DNA of 64,000 bases from Amoebidium appalachense (Eukaryota > Protista > Ichthyosporea), in assembly GCA_963693365.1 (NCBI GenBank), contig CAVNZM010000013.1, positions 8,618,940 through 8,682,939 on the forward strand, written 5' to 3'. Position numbers and translations under genes: made by a program. A model generated the notes under the pieces. The model saw only the letters and a program-made list of their open reading frames with translations, was not told the origin of the DNA and ran no database searches. Below, piece by piece: positions 1 through 12,376 of the stretch (position 1 is the first letter of the stretch; each line of letters starts with the position of its first letter).

Positions 1-22
1 CGAGTAAACAGCGTAAACCCCC
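1..22 (+). mobile_element. 3' terminus of an oligo-C-ended LINE-like element (family B), cut by the window edge
   Basis: CGAGTAAACAGCGTAAACCCC is the reverse complement of the element ends at 15702 and 36896 and nearly identical to the end at 51897. Confidence 0.75.
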
Positions 23-80
23 TGACTGACTTGGGCATGATAATGAGCTGTACTGATGCATCCCTGATACATACAGCCCT

Positions 81-760
81 TTTTTTTTTTTTTTTTTTAA
101 TCACGTTTTGTTCCCGGAGGCCTTTTCAGGCCCTCTAGGGAAACTACCGTCTACCACACAGCACCGACAGTACACTAGTTAAGGTGCTATCTATGAGTTC
201 AGCTAAGCTAAACCATCCTTCACAACCTAACTATAAGTACACACTTTGCCCAGGGCTACTACCCCAGCCACGCCGGCAGGAGGCTCCAGTCCTCCCCTCC
301 ATTCAAAACCTAGCAATAAACGTTAACCGAGGGCTCTCATTGGTCGATCTACAGTATTGGGAAGTCCTAGGTGTTGTGTATAATATTTACGGTGGGTATG
401 GGTGGATGATGGGGTGTGGTGGTGGTGGTGGTGGGGGGTTGCTGCCTAACATTATGTGTTGGTGTACGTATGTTGTGGCGATGTTTTTGTGGACTAAAAG
501 GTGGGTTTTACAGGGCACACCGGGTCTGTGGGTGTTCCGGCATTCAGAACAGGCCGGCCGGGTGTGTGTGGGGGGTGTATTTGTTGGTTTTTTGGGTTTT
601 TGGAGAGCCATACTTTTCTTTCTACGGGTGGTGGGTATATGGTGGTGTTTTTGCATTTTAGGTTGGGTGGGGGGGAGTGTTGTGTTCCGTGGGTGCCAAA
701 TTTTTGAAAAGAAAAAGGATTGCAACTCTACTGTGATTTTTCCTAAGATGGCCCGGGTGG
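81..760 (-). mobile_element. 5'-truncated poly(A) LINE copy (family A) with 13-bp target-site duplication
   Basis: Near-identical reverse complement of ~47380-48040. Poly(T) at 81-98 is the poly(A) tail. Flanked by direct repeat TACATACAGCCCT at 68-80 and 761-773. Confidence 0.92.
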
Positions 761-1124
761 TACATACAGCCCTAGACCACCGGCGTGCTATGGGGTACCC
801 CATAAGGTACGGAAATGCTCGAGTACTCAGTCAGCCAGTAGCACTGTGACACACGGCCACCTTGGGGGCCCTTCGGAACACAACTTGGCCGTGCTCACAG
901 TTTAGAGTCCGTGACTTGAGTGTTTCACGTGGACAGACGTCATGGTGTGCCAGAACGTGTCACACATACACACACACACGCACAAAGAGCACACACATAT
1001 ACACATACACAAAGAGCACACACACGCACACAGACGTGACATCATCGCAGCGCGCGCCCACGCCATTACTATGATAGCACAAAGCGGCGTACACACCGTG
1101 AGACACTCACACAGTCACGCCGCG

Positions 1125-1204
<80 letters not shown>

Positions 1205-1240
1205 TCACACGCACGCACACACACACACACACACCCTGCG

Positions 1241-1282
<42 letters not shown>

Positions 1283-3283
1283 CATACTATGCTCATGACT
1301 TTTACATCTCCCCACACGGACAAAATTCCCGTGACCTTCGATTTTTTGCACGTCCTGTCCGGCATATATTTTCTTTCTCTGTGCCTTGTATTCACGGCTG
1401 AGGCCACCGTGCGCCAAATGTGCCAACCTGTGTGCCTCTGATGGTGGGGGGCGGCCGGCCGCACAGTGTAGGCTCGGCCAGGTTGAGCTCAGTCATGAGT
1501 GAGTCAGTGGCGGCATGGCTGTTGTGTTCAGTCAGTGTGTTCTCATCACACTAACACCCATCGTAGCACGTGGGCACCTGTTGCTGCACGTGATTGCCAC
1601 CGAATCATCGCACTTCTATACGGCGGACACCGTTGAAGAGTAACAGGCACTTGGGGGCATGTGCACACACACACGCATAACACATGCCACGCACACCCAC
1701 ACACACAAGTACGCACACGGGTGCATATATCCATTCTGCCCACTTGCTACATGTACACACTTGAGCTCGTACACTGTGCACCAACGACGGCTACAAATAC
1801 ACTGTCACGTACATACTCGGAACACACGTGCACTTCCCCGCACACAGACTGTTGCAAAGTGGTGGCACGCTGTTGGTAAATTGTGACCCACTTGGCTAAC
1901 GCCATATGTAGGCCTAAACACCAAACATACTGAGCACTCAAACTCAGGCCATACAAACACACAAAGCAAAGTATGGTCACATACACACATCCCCATGCGC
2001 GGGCGCGCACACACACACACCCTGTGACAGACGCACACGCGCGCGCGCGCACGCACGGACAGACAGACACACATGCGCACGCATACCATACCACACCACA
2101 CCGCAAACGCACACGCACTCAAGCACAAGCACGTGTGCGCGTGCAAGCAATTCATATCGATGGCATGGTTAGCTAATATTTCTTTATTATTGGCGTGCAA
2201 GTGCCGCGGTGTGCACGTCATAGTGGCCTCGTGGGACTTGACGGTGCGCTGCCAATTTTGTGGCACGAGTTTCTACAATGTTTCTCTTTTAGCTCACCAA
2301 AATAGCCTCGCTAGTGAAGATACTGAGGCTCGCCTGCAGTGCAGTTGCGTGAAGCGAAGAAACAGCAAAGATGGACAGGTGCTCAGCCACTACTGCTCAT
2401 GTTCCAGCCGCGGGTTTAGGGAGCCGCAAGGTTTCAACACCTGCCAAATATGGGTTGATGGTGCCTGAGATTAACCATAAATGGAAGGTGCATCCCTTGA
2501 ACCAAGGACTGTGTAAGTTTAGGGAGTTACTTGACTTCATTATAGTGACTGAGTGAGCTTCAGCTGTGTGTTACTGTGTGTGGTAATGTTTTGTGTGCAC
2601 ATACATACAGTACAGTAGTGTCACAACTTTCTCCATTAGCAACATGCCGAGTAAGATACCCCACGCCAGTACTCTCTATCTTTTTTGGGCGCGGGGGGGC
2701 GGCCGGGGGGGGTAGGGGGGCTGTTTTTTTCAGAGCAGTTACTTGCTATGACCGTGAGATGGAGGTAGCCGGTTGAATTGTCTGTAACTTGTGCACCGAA
2801 GTTGTTTTGTGTTTCCACTCAAAATTTCTTTGGCTCCGCTTTGGTACTTGGCGGCATCCCTTTTGCTTGGCTTTGCTGAGCTTTACTCTTACGTTTCTTG
2901 TTCAGTTTGGGTCGTTGCTCTTAAAGGACTTAGATTGCCTGTGAGATTGTGGGGGGTTGCTGGTAAACGGTTTGGCTTCTCTGCCACTGTTGGCTTGTAA
3001 ACGGGATCATGGCTGGGCCCCGGTTTACGAGCTGAATTTTGAGTTCCTAATCGGGTTATATGGGCATGGTTTAGTGTGCCTAGTAACACCGTGTTGGGAG
3101 AAACTACTGAAGACACAAGCAATATAATTCAGAACCGTCGGGTGGTTGAATACATAGATGTGGATCGTTCTCTATCGGTCTCTAAACTGGTGTATTGTAT
3201 TGAAGTTGTATCTAGTGGCGCCATCACGAAACGTTTCCTGTGTCAGCACAGTTACACGCCCTGCTAACAAACATGCTCTTCAG

Positions 3284-3731
3284 GTATATGTCCCGGGTGC
3301 AACAAAGAGATCTCTGATGAGGAGATTCTCGACAAGATAGTGGAGGGTGTCCGATACCAGTAAGCTCGAGCCTTGTCAACGTTTCCCGACTTCGGCTTAT
3401 AAAGTTGACGTTTTGTGTTTTTTACCATCTTCTAGATAATTTCTTTGATATATATGTATATATATATATACATATTGTTTTTGTTTTTTTTTTGTTTTTT
3501 TTTTTGGGGGGTGGGGGGGGGGGGGCAGCTAATATGCGCAAAGGAGTTATGATACATCGGCTATAGGTGTGGCACAACAGTGGGCAGGAGGGAAGGGGTA
3601 AGGGGCTAGGAAAGGCATGACCATAAAGAGAGAAACGGAAGGAGGGGGTTATTTGGAAAATGGTCTGTGCAAAGCATTCTCAACCCTTGCCAGATACCCC
3701 TCCCCCCCCCCCCCTCCCTCCCCTCTCTCCA

Positions 3732-3765
<34 letters not shown>

Positions 3766-4406
3766 ACACACACACGCGCGTACATCACCTAGGGACGGTA
3801 CTGGTGGGCTAAGCTGTAGGGAAAGCTTAGTGGGGGGGAGTCATTTGATTATTTCTGGCTGCAGTCACGTCAGTATTCGTACGTGTCTGTGCAGGGGGAT
3901 GCAGTCTATCCCCCCGTGAATTCACTGCTGGGGCACGGAAAAGGAGGATATGGTGAAGGCAAGGGGACGAGACATTGCTTTAGAGGTGGGTACGTGCAAG
4001 GGGTTGAAAGTGCGGATAGTTCGTATTTCCCTTTTTTTGTTGTTGTTGGAAGGGGGGGAAGTTGGGGGGAGAGAGGGGGGGGGGGGGGGGGGGGAGGATA
4101 CGGGGGAGGCTTGAAAAATGAAGGAACTGAGGCCAAAAATATATGTCTATGCATCACTAACCCTCTTTTTTTCCCCAGCTTGAACTGCTTTGCCTGCACA
4201 GTAAGTCCCCCATGATTCCCCTGCCTTATCCACTCCATGAGGAACAGGCACATTCTTACCAGGACGTCTAGGAAGTCCTTCCTCTCCCTCCCCCCCCCTC
4301 TCCCCCCACCCCTCAATGTGCTCTATTTGCGGTGATGCATAGCTCTTTGTGGGTGCCCTGCAACTTCTGAATCGCACTCTGAAACAAATAATAACCCTCC
4401 CCCTCC

Positions 4407-4440
<34 letters not shown>

Positions 4441-5548
4441 ACACACACACACCCACACACCCACACACCCACCCACCCACCCACCCTTCGGGCGCCCTAC
4501 TCATGCAGAAGCAAACCGAGGAGAGGTTGACAGGGAGGTGTGTGTGTGTTTTGGGGGGGGGGGGGGGGGAGAGAGGCGGGGGGAAGGAGAGAGGGGGGGC
4601 GGGGGGGGGATTGTTGACCACTCACTACCCGTACCCACGGAATATTCCCCGCCTCCTCACCCTCATTTCCTTGCCCGCTTCTATCCGTTTTGCCAACCAT
4701 TTTGTCCAACATGCACCAATGGATATCAAATGCAAACCTGCACATAGAAGCGCACCTGCACCACACACAGTACATCCCCCTCCCCCCACCCCACCTCCCT
4801 CCCTCCCTCTGCTTTGAGGGTATGCTCAGCTTATAATTCATAATCTATATGTATACTTTCAAAATGTGTGTTGCGTTGTCACCATCAATGTGTACTTTGA
4901 ATTCCAGCACATTTTACCCTCCTCCCCCTCATCCCCCTTCTAACCCCCTCCTTTCCACGTTTTAAAACCCAATGCATTTTCCTCCCGAGTCCCTCCTCTA
5001 CCTCACCCGAATCTACATGAAGTGGTATCCAGGTTACGTTTTGCACTCAACTAGAAAGGATGAAACGCGGGTGTTAGAGCGTCATACTAAGGAAAATGTG
5101 CTCTTCTTTGCACGGTGCATGCACATTTTGCATATATCTAGATTGTGCTGTGTCCTGTGCACAATGTGACCCACTGACGCATACACCCCCTCAGAAATGC
5201 AACGAGTACCTGGGTAACGGGCAGAAGTTCTTTCGGGACCCAGCCACCCAGGGCCTGCTGTGTGGCCGCTGCAAGCCCACCCCCACACCGGCAGACACAA
5301 AGGCATCCCCCCCCCCACCACCCACCCATCCATACACCCTCTAGCCATATGCGTTTGCGGGGGGGGGGGGGGGGGGGGGGGGGGAGGGGGGGGGGGGAGG
5401 GGGGGGGGGGGGGGAGAAGAGAGATTCGGGAATGTTTGATTTTTGTTTTCTTGTATTGGTTTTAGTGATGTGGGTGGCAGTGTGGGTGGGTGTGGGTAGG
5501 TGGGTTGGGGTGGATGTGCGGAGTGGCCGGGCCAGGCAGGCGGGCGGG

Positions 5549-5603
<55 letters not shown>

Positions 5604-5689
5604 ATTGTTGTCAGACATGAACTGATGATGGGTGGCAGCAGCCCGGCTACCAAGTCCACAAGCCAACAATTCAGACAGAAGGTATCCAA

Positions 5690-5745
<56 letters not shown>

Positions 5746-6072
5746 AAAAAATAATAATAAAAAATAAAATAAAACAAAATAATAATAAAAAATATCCTCC
5801 CTTTGCCTCCGACATGCGGACACACATCCGGCTTTGTGGCAACCTAATACGTATATGTGAATCTACCAACACACACTCGTGATCCCAGGTTCTGATTTCT
5901 AAAACCCGAGGCACGTGAACAAGCCATCACAGTGCAGCGTTAAGTGCAGAAATGAAGACAAACAGGGATCGCCCTACTGGCACTGTTATTGTTTCTTGAC
6001 TTGCTTACGGGTGATGTGCCTCACGGTAATCTCTAACTCGACAGCCCCCCCTCTCCTCCCCCCTCTCCTACC

Positions 6073-6137
<65 letters not shown>

Positions 6138-8081
6138 CATACACTTAAACGCCTCCCTCCCTCTATTCCCACATATACCCACGCCTGCACACACGCACTT
6201 ATCCAGCTGCCATGTGTGCCAAGTGTGGCAAGGGTGTGTTCAGCGCAGAGAAAATCCGTGCCTTTGAGAAAAACTGGCATAAAAACTGGTGTGTATCCCT
6301 TCCCCCTTTCAACACAGCAGGCGCACACACACCATGTCAAATGGCCCAGCACATGTACACCAGGTGCTTGCCTTAAACCGGCTCAGGCCTTCGAACCTGG
6401 CGTGTCCACCCGCTGAATTTTGCAGTAGAAAAGATCATGTTTTGCTGCACACGGGATTATGGGATGCGTGAAAGTGAGCACTGGGCAGAATCTGTGCAGG
6501 CCCAGATGTGAGAGAGTGGACCAATCATTATGCCTGCCCTATAAACCCAATGTCAGCTGCAGATGGATGCATGCGGCCCACTGACTTGCCTGCATATGCT
6601 CACACACCCGCGCGCGCACGCACGCACGCACGTACGCACGCACACATACACACACGACAACACACACATACATACAGTGTCACACACAACCATGCTGCCA
6701 ACTCTCACACCAACAGCACCACAGGCATCACCAAGCACACGGGTACGCCATACACACACGTACAAGGCACACATGTATACATTTACAAACACGTCACACC
6801 TGCAAACACAACCCTCATTCACGCACACACGTACCCCCCCCCCCCCCCCCCCCCCCCCCCCACCACCACCACCATGCGTACAGCTTCAAGTGTGCGCAGT
6901 GTGATGCAGTGCTGAGTGCTGCCAATGCGCACTCTGTGGACGGCAATGCGCACTGCCTGACCTGCTACCGGGCCCTGGAGCTGGGCATCAAGTACAGCCA
7001 GGTGCCTGCAAGCATCCTAGCCTGCATATGGCCCCCGCAGGAGCTATAGTCCCGTGCCCTGAGCCTTGTCCGATAGTTTGAACCAAAATTCTCATGAAGA
7101 GGGGTGATGGAGGCCCGTATCAATGGTTATTGCGTTAATTTAGCTCTATATCAGCATTTTGCGGCGTGTCCACAATATGGCTTCAGTTCTAGTTCATATC
7201 CATGCCAGAGTATATCATGGGCTTTGCCTTTCTCAGAAATGTGCCATAGTCATATATAGGAACCTTGGAGATATGCCGACATAGAAGGCAAGGGCAGTAT
7301 GGACTGACTGTGTGCTGTGGAGGCAGAAACAAGACGAAGAGGCAGCCAAGCAGGAGGTCTCACCGGCACAGGCCACCCTGGACGGTAGGTGCAGGCAGAG
7401 TGTAGGGGCACACACACACGTACGGTGCCGTACCCATGCTTGTCGTTGAGCACATGTATCTTGCCCTGTGTATATCTGCATGTTGTCGTTGAGCACATGT
7501 ATCTTGCCCTGTGTATATCTGCATGTTGTCGTTGAGCACATGTATCTTGCCCTGTGTATATCTGTATGTTGTGTCAGTAATGGTTGCTTTTGGGATGGGA
7601 GGGGCTGTGCCACAGGCAATCACTCAGAGAGCTGGCGGGTTGCAAACCGGGTGTGTGGCAAAGCGAAAAGTAGATGCATACCTTGTACGCACGGAGCAAC
7701 ACATGTAGCATGGAATTAGGGTGACTTCATTGTGCATCCAAGAGGTACTAACTGCTTTCCCTCTCAGCCCTGCAGGGTGACAAGGAGGCTCTTAAAAAGG
7801 CTGGATTCGACGTGGCAAACCTAGAGGTACCCCCCCCCCCCCCCCCCCCCTTTCGCCCCCCTCCTTCCGCCCCTCTCTCCTCCCCCCCCCCCGCCCCCAT
7901 ACACATACACACACAGATACAGACAAAAAATGCACAGGCATGCACGCGCCTCCTCCCCCTCCCTTTCCCCACACCTTCCCCCCTCCCCCTTTCTTTCCCC
8001 CCCCCCCACCCCACACACACACACACACACACACAGACACGCACAGATACAGGCACAAAAAGGCACAGGCATGGCGCGCGG

Positions 8082-8113
<32 letters not shown>

Positions 8114-8530
8114 CATTTGGATTGTGGAGATGGTGGATCGAATAAGACGTCGTTGGCATGGGGTGTATTGTCCGTGACACGTGCTTTCTGTGTTAACGTC
8201 GCACACACACACGCTTTGTCCTTCTGTGTGCCTGGCTGTGTGTCCGTATTCCTTGATCATGTGTGTAGCTGTCTACCGCATTCAAAGTTCAAGCTTCCAA
8301 ATGATTAAATTATAATTATCGCGTAAAGTTTCTAGACAGCTCCCCACCCCCACCACCTCCTCTTTGAAAGAAGGGCTCAGCTTATCACGCGCACTATTTG
8401 TGTGCTTTGCACACTCTCATCAGGCATTGTGCTGTCCGCCATAAATGGGTAACTCGTACTATTTATAGCACATGTGAAACCCCGGAAACTAGTCCCCTCT
8501 CCCCCCCCCCCCCCCCCCTCTCTCTCTCTC

Positions 8531-8568
<38 letters not shown>

Positions 8569-9360
8569 CTTTAGTTTGCACACACATCTTCACCGTTTTG
8601 CTCACCTTGCTTGCATAAGCAACCCTGCTCGTCTTTGATCAAGACGGGTTGACCCTCCCAAGTTCAGTTGATGCTTCGGTCTGAGTTGGAGGGACGTATT
8701 TACGCGGACTAAGGGGTCGAAACTCAGACGCAATTGATGACTTGGGCCCTCCCTGAGGATGGGCTCTGCTTATGACGCATACTGTGCGCATGGCTGATGT
8801 TGCATACTTGAATGTTTGCCTTTGCATGTGTCCTGCACCATGCTTCTCATCGTGTATGCGTACTTCCTACCGTGTTCCGCATTCAAACCCCCCCTCCCCC
8901 CCCCCCCCCTGTCCCCGCCTCTTGATCTAGGATTGGTTCTGCTTATGATGCATACTCTCTTATGTGTGCTTTGCTATCTGCATTGTGTTCAGTATTGAAT
9001 GTGCACTGTCACCGTACTCTGTAATACATGCTTTATCCACCACATTCAGTCCCCCCCCCCCCCCCCCCCCCTCACCCCGCCCCAACACACACGCACACGC
9101 ACATGCACACTTGTGCGCGTGCGCGCGAACACACACACACACACTCGCTCGCTCACTCACACACCTGAAATTACAGCGCTATCTTTCCGAGCCAGACTTT
9201 TACAAGGCCTTCACAATGACAAAGGCCCAGTTTGACGCGTTACCGGTATCCCCCCCCCCCCCCCCCCCCTCCCTCCCTTTTCCCTCTTCTCTCCTCCTCA
9301 CACATGTGCGCAGGCACACAAGACACACACACACACACACATACACACACACACATGCAC

Positions 9361-9392
<32 letters not shown>

Positions 9393-9906
9393 GACACACA
9401 CACACACACACACACACACACGATTCGTATTTTGTATATGTTTTGCTGTGCAACATCCTCGCTTAGCCATACCCCCCCCAGGAAATAAGAAACAACGTGA
9501 AATCCAACACCATGTATTCTCGTGCACCAGTTAATGGCTTTGTAAGCAAACACTAAGTTTTCTCTCTCTTTCTCTTTTTTTTTTTTTTTTTTAAACGGTG
9601 CCCGAGGATGGAACTACAGAGCGATCGTGTGTGGGGTTGCATAGTGTGGTTGAGTCTGGGTCTAAGTTTGCACAAGCATATGGATGGCAAAAGGGGTGGG
9701 GAGTTGGTATACGCATGTGTTGGTTGGGTGTGTGGGGCGGACAGGTACCGGCAGCACCATTGATATGACTACAATAGGTCCAAGGGGGTGTGGTATGGTG
9801 TGCTGTGGTGTGCAGATGTGGTGTGTTGCTGGGTGTGTGCTGACACAGAGGCATGGGGCAGGCATGGAAGAAGACAGACCTCAAGAAGAAGGCCAAGCTG
9901 TACTGA
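3284..9906 (+). CDS. Spliced abLIM-like actin-binding protein: two LIM domains plus C-terminal villin headpiece
   Basis: Exons at about 3284-3359, 4179-4200, 5195-5302, 5639/5642-5681, 6207-6288, 6884-7001, 7327-7384, 7616-7650 (tentative), 7775-7825, 9177-9245 and 9862-9906 join in frame. They give LIM1 (CPGC..HLNCFACTKC..CGRC), LIM2 (CAKC..HKNCFKCAQC..CLTC) and a headpiece ([39 protein letters not shown]). The start is uncertain; ATGA|GTGAGT at 1495-1498 is a phase-compatible candidate first exon. Confidence 0.88.
7440..7572. repeat. Intronic 43-bp tandem repeat, 3 copies
   Basis: Unit TGTCGTTGAGCACATGTATCTTGCCCTGTGTATATCTGCATGT. Confidence 0.9.
8601..8775 (+). other. Candidate structured element (multi-stem fold) inside an intron
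   Basis: Complementary pairs CATAAGCA/TGCTTATG, CGTCTT/AAGACG, CCCAAGT/ACTTGGG, TCAGTTG/CAATTGA and GTCTGAGTT/AACTCAGAC. Identity and strand are unproven. Confidence 0.35.
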
Positions 9907-10132
9907 GGGCATGGTGCCGACCGACACCACTTTTATTTCGTATGACCGTGCAAACCTCAACGTCATTTTGCCATTACATCACTATTTACGTATACACCCT
10001 CGAATTTGTAATTCGAATTTAGATAGGCACACAAATGTGTCCACAATCCAACATCAGGCCTACCAATAACCATGGCGACGTACACAAAAACACAATAAAC
10101 CAGTAACCAGAAAACTCTGCATGACCAAATTT

Positions 10133-10166
<34 letters not shown>

Positions 10167-10706
10167 CCTCCCTGGATGCTTCAGGGCCACCAGCCGACAC
10201 TCTGCACATAATGCCCCCTCTGTGATAACCTCCAACAGACTACGTGCACATCGGATGGTCGGGGGGGGGGGGGGGGGGGGGGGGGGACGGAGGGAGTGAG
10301 GGAGGGGTTTATAAACAGGGGAGCAAAGTGCAAACACACACATAGGCAATACGTCTCTACCGGCACCGGCACCCAAGATGTCTCCCAACCACGCCCGGTT
10401 CGTCCGTGTCGTGGCTCGAAACAAACCTGCTGCAAGAGAGAGGTGTTGGTTATGTGCCAGAGACACTAATTTGCACCTATGGCTAGAGCACACTGCTCAG
10501 AAGAAGTTTTCAGGGTCTCCATGGGATAAAAGGCTGAAAAACCAGCACTCAGAATAAGGACGAGTTATGTGCTCGTCAAAGCAGCGTGGCAGGCAAACAC
10601 TAACTTGTTAACAGCCCAGAAGCGTTCTTTCATCAACCAAACCTGCACGTGTAGTCATAATTCAATTCTCTTATGTGGTGATGATATTTTTCCCTCCCCC
10701 TCCCCC

Positions 10707-10737
<31 letters not shown>

Positions 10738-10830
10738 AACACCCTCTCTCTCTGTTCCTCTCTCTCTGTCTCTCTCTCTCTCTCTCTTCCCCCCCCCCCC
10801 CCCCCCCCCCCGCCCCGCCCCCATAACCCG

Positions 10831-10867
<37 letters not shown>

Positions 10868-10885
10868 GTGTGCGTGTGTATGTGT

Positions 10886-10948
<63 letters not shown>

Positions 10949-10991
10949 TGCGTGCGGTGTGTGTGTGTGTTGGGGCCGGGGGGCGGGGGGT

Positions 10992-11027
<36 letters not shown>

Positions 11028-12025
11028 GGGGGGGAATTTTTTGCGATTGTGCGTTGGCGTGCGTGTGTGTGCTTTTGTGTCTGTCTGTAGACCGTCATTT
11101 CTCGGCTCTTATGGTGTGTGAGGGGAGGGGGAGGGGGGGGGGGGGGGGGGGGGGGGATCAAGGTGTATGCGTGTGTGCCTGTAGGTGGGTGGATGGGTGG
11201 GTGAGGGCGGGGGGAGAGGGGGAGAGGGGATACCATGCCGTCAACTCTTGGGCTTTTGTGTGTGTAGGGGGGGGGGGGGGGGGGAGCATGTGTGTGTGAG
11301 TGTGTGTGGTGGTGGTGGGGAGGGGAAAGGGGAATGATACCGTGAAAGCAGGTACCAGTTGGGAGGCAATAACTGGATGCAGTGACGGCACGGCACTCTC
11401 AGATTTGGCAGCGCCAGACAACACCTGCCACAGTGCAACCGCTGTGACACTGCTGGTCGGCACCTGACAGACCGGTTGCTTTCCCTCTATCCCCCGCCTT
11501 AACCTCAGGTGTAGACCGAGACCCATGTACTTGCAGCCTGTTGCAGTTCCATCTATTTAGTTTTAAACTTAACCTCCGCTTGTCTGTTTCCTTTGCAGCC
11601 CTTCAATGTAAAAGGTGGGTCGTACGATCGCATGGCTAAGGCAATTATAGCTCCTTTCTTAAATATCACCTCTTTACATGCTCGTCCTCAGATGCCCTAA
11701 CCTTGCCGTTGTGAGAGAGTACTGTATTGGCGTGCCTTTCATGTGGGGCCTGAACCAGGTGAGTACGTAGAGGCGCTTACGTTGATGTTCTATAGTTGCA
11801 CACGACCAAAACTTTCAGATTACGATAATTAGAAACACTAGCTCTACCCATCTCTAGCTATCTTTTATCGTGCTGCTATCTGGCCAATGTGGCCTTGTAG
11901 TTCTTAGAACCTTAACGAGGCGAGGAAGAGGAGGGGGGGAAGGGGGGAGGGGGGGGGGAGGAGGGGGGGGAGAGAGAGGGAGAGAAAGAGAAACAGAGGG
12001 AGAGGGAGGGGGGGGGGGGGGAGAA

Positions 12026-12064
<39 letters not shown>

Positions 12065-12144
12065 GGGAGAGAGAAAGTGAGAGAGAGAGCCCGGGAGGGA
12101 GAGACTGAGAACTACACAAGTAGGAGGCCTTGGAACTATAGGAG

Positions 12145-12330
12145 CACAGGTGACGTCACGATGACACTACAAGCCAACGCCAATCATATTATTTATTATA
12201 TTGCTTTATTAGGCTTATCGTTTTCACCAACCAATCAGCGTGCACCAAGTAAATGAGATAAGAAGGCGCTACATTCCGGAGGCTCAGCTTGAAACTGAGA
12301 AAAGGAAGTCACGCTCGCCCGTTCAACTCT
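12145..12330 (+). promoter_or_regulatory. Promoter-like region with CRE palindrome and CCAAT boxes
   Basis: GTGACGTCAC at ~12149 and CCAATCA at ~12180 and ~12231, directly upstream of the ATG at 12377. Confidence 0.45.
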
Positions 12331-12376
12331 TTTTTACGCCCCCTTTCCTCATTTGCTCCGTTGTAAACACATCAAA

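Noticed and set aside
184-849. 221-aa plus-strand ORF and its twin at 47193-47957
   Set aside because: Antisense to the LINE 3' region; the similarity simply reflects the repeat copies.
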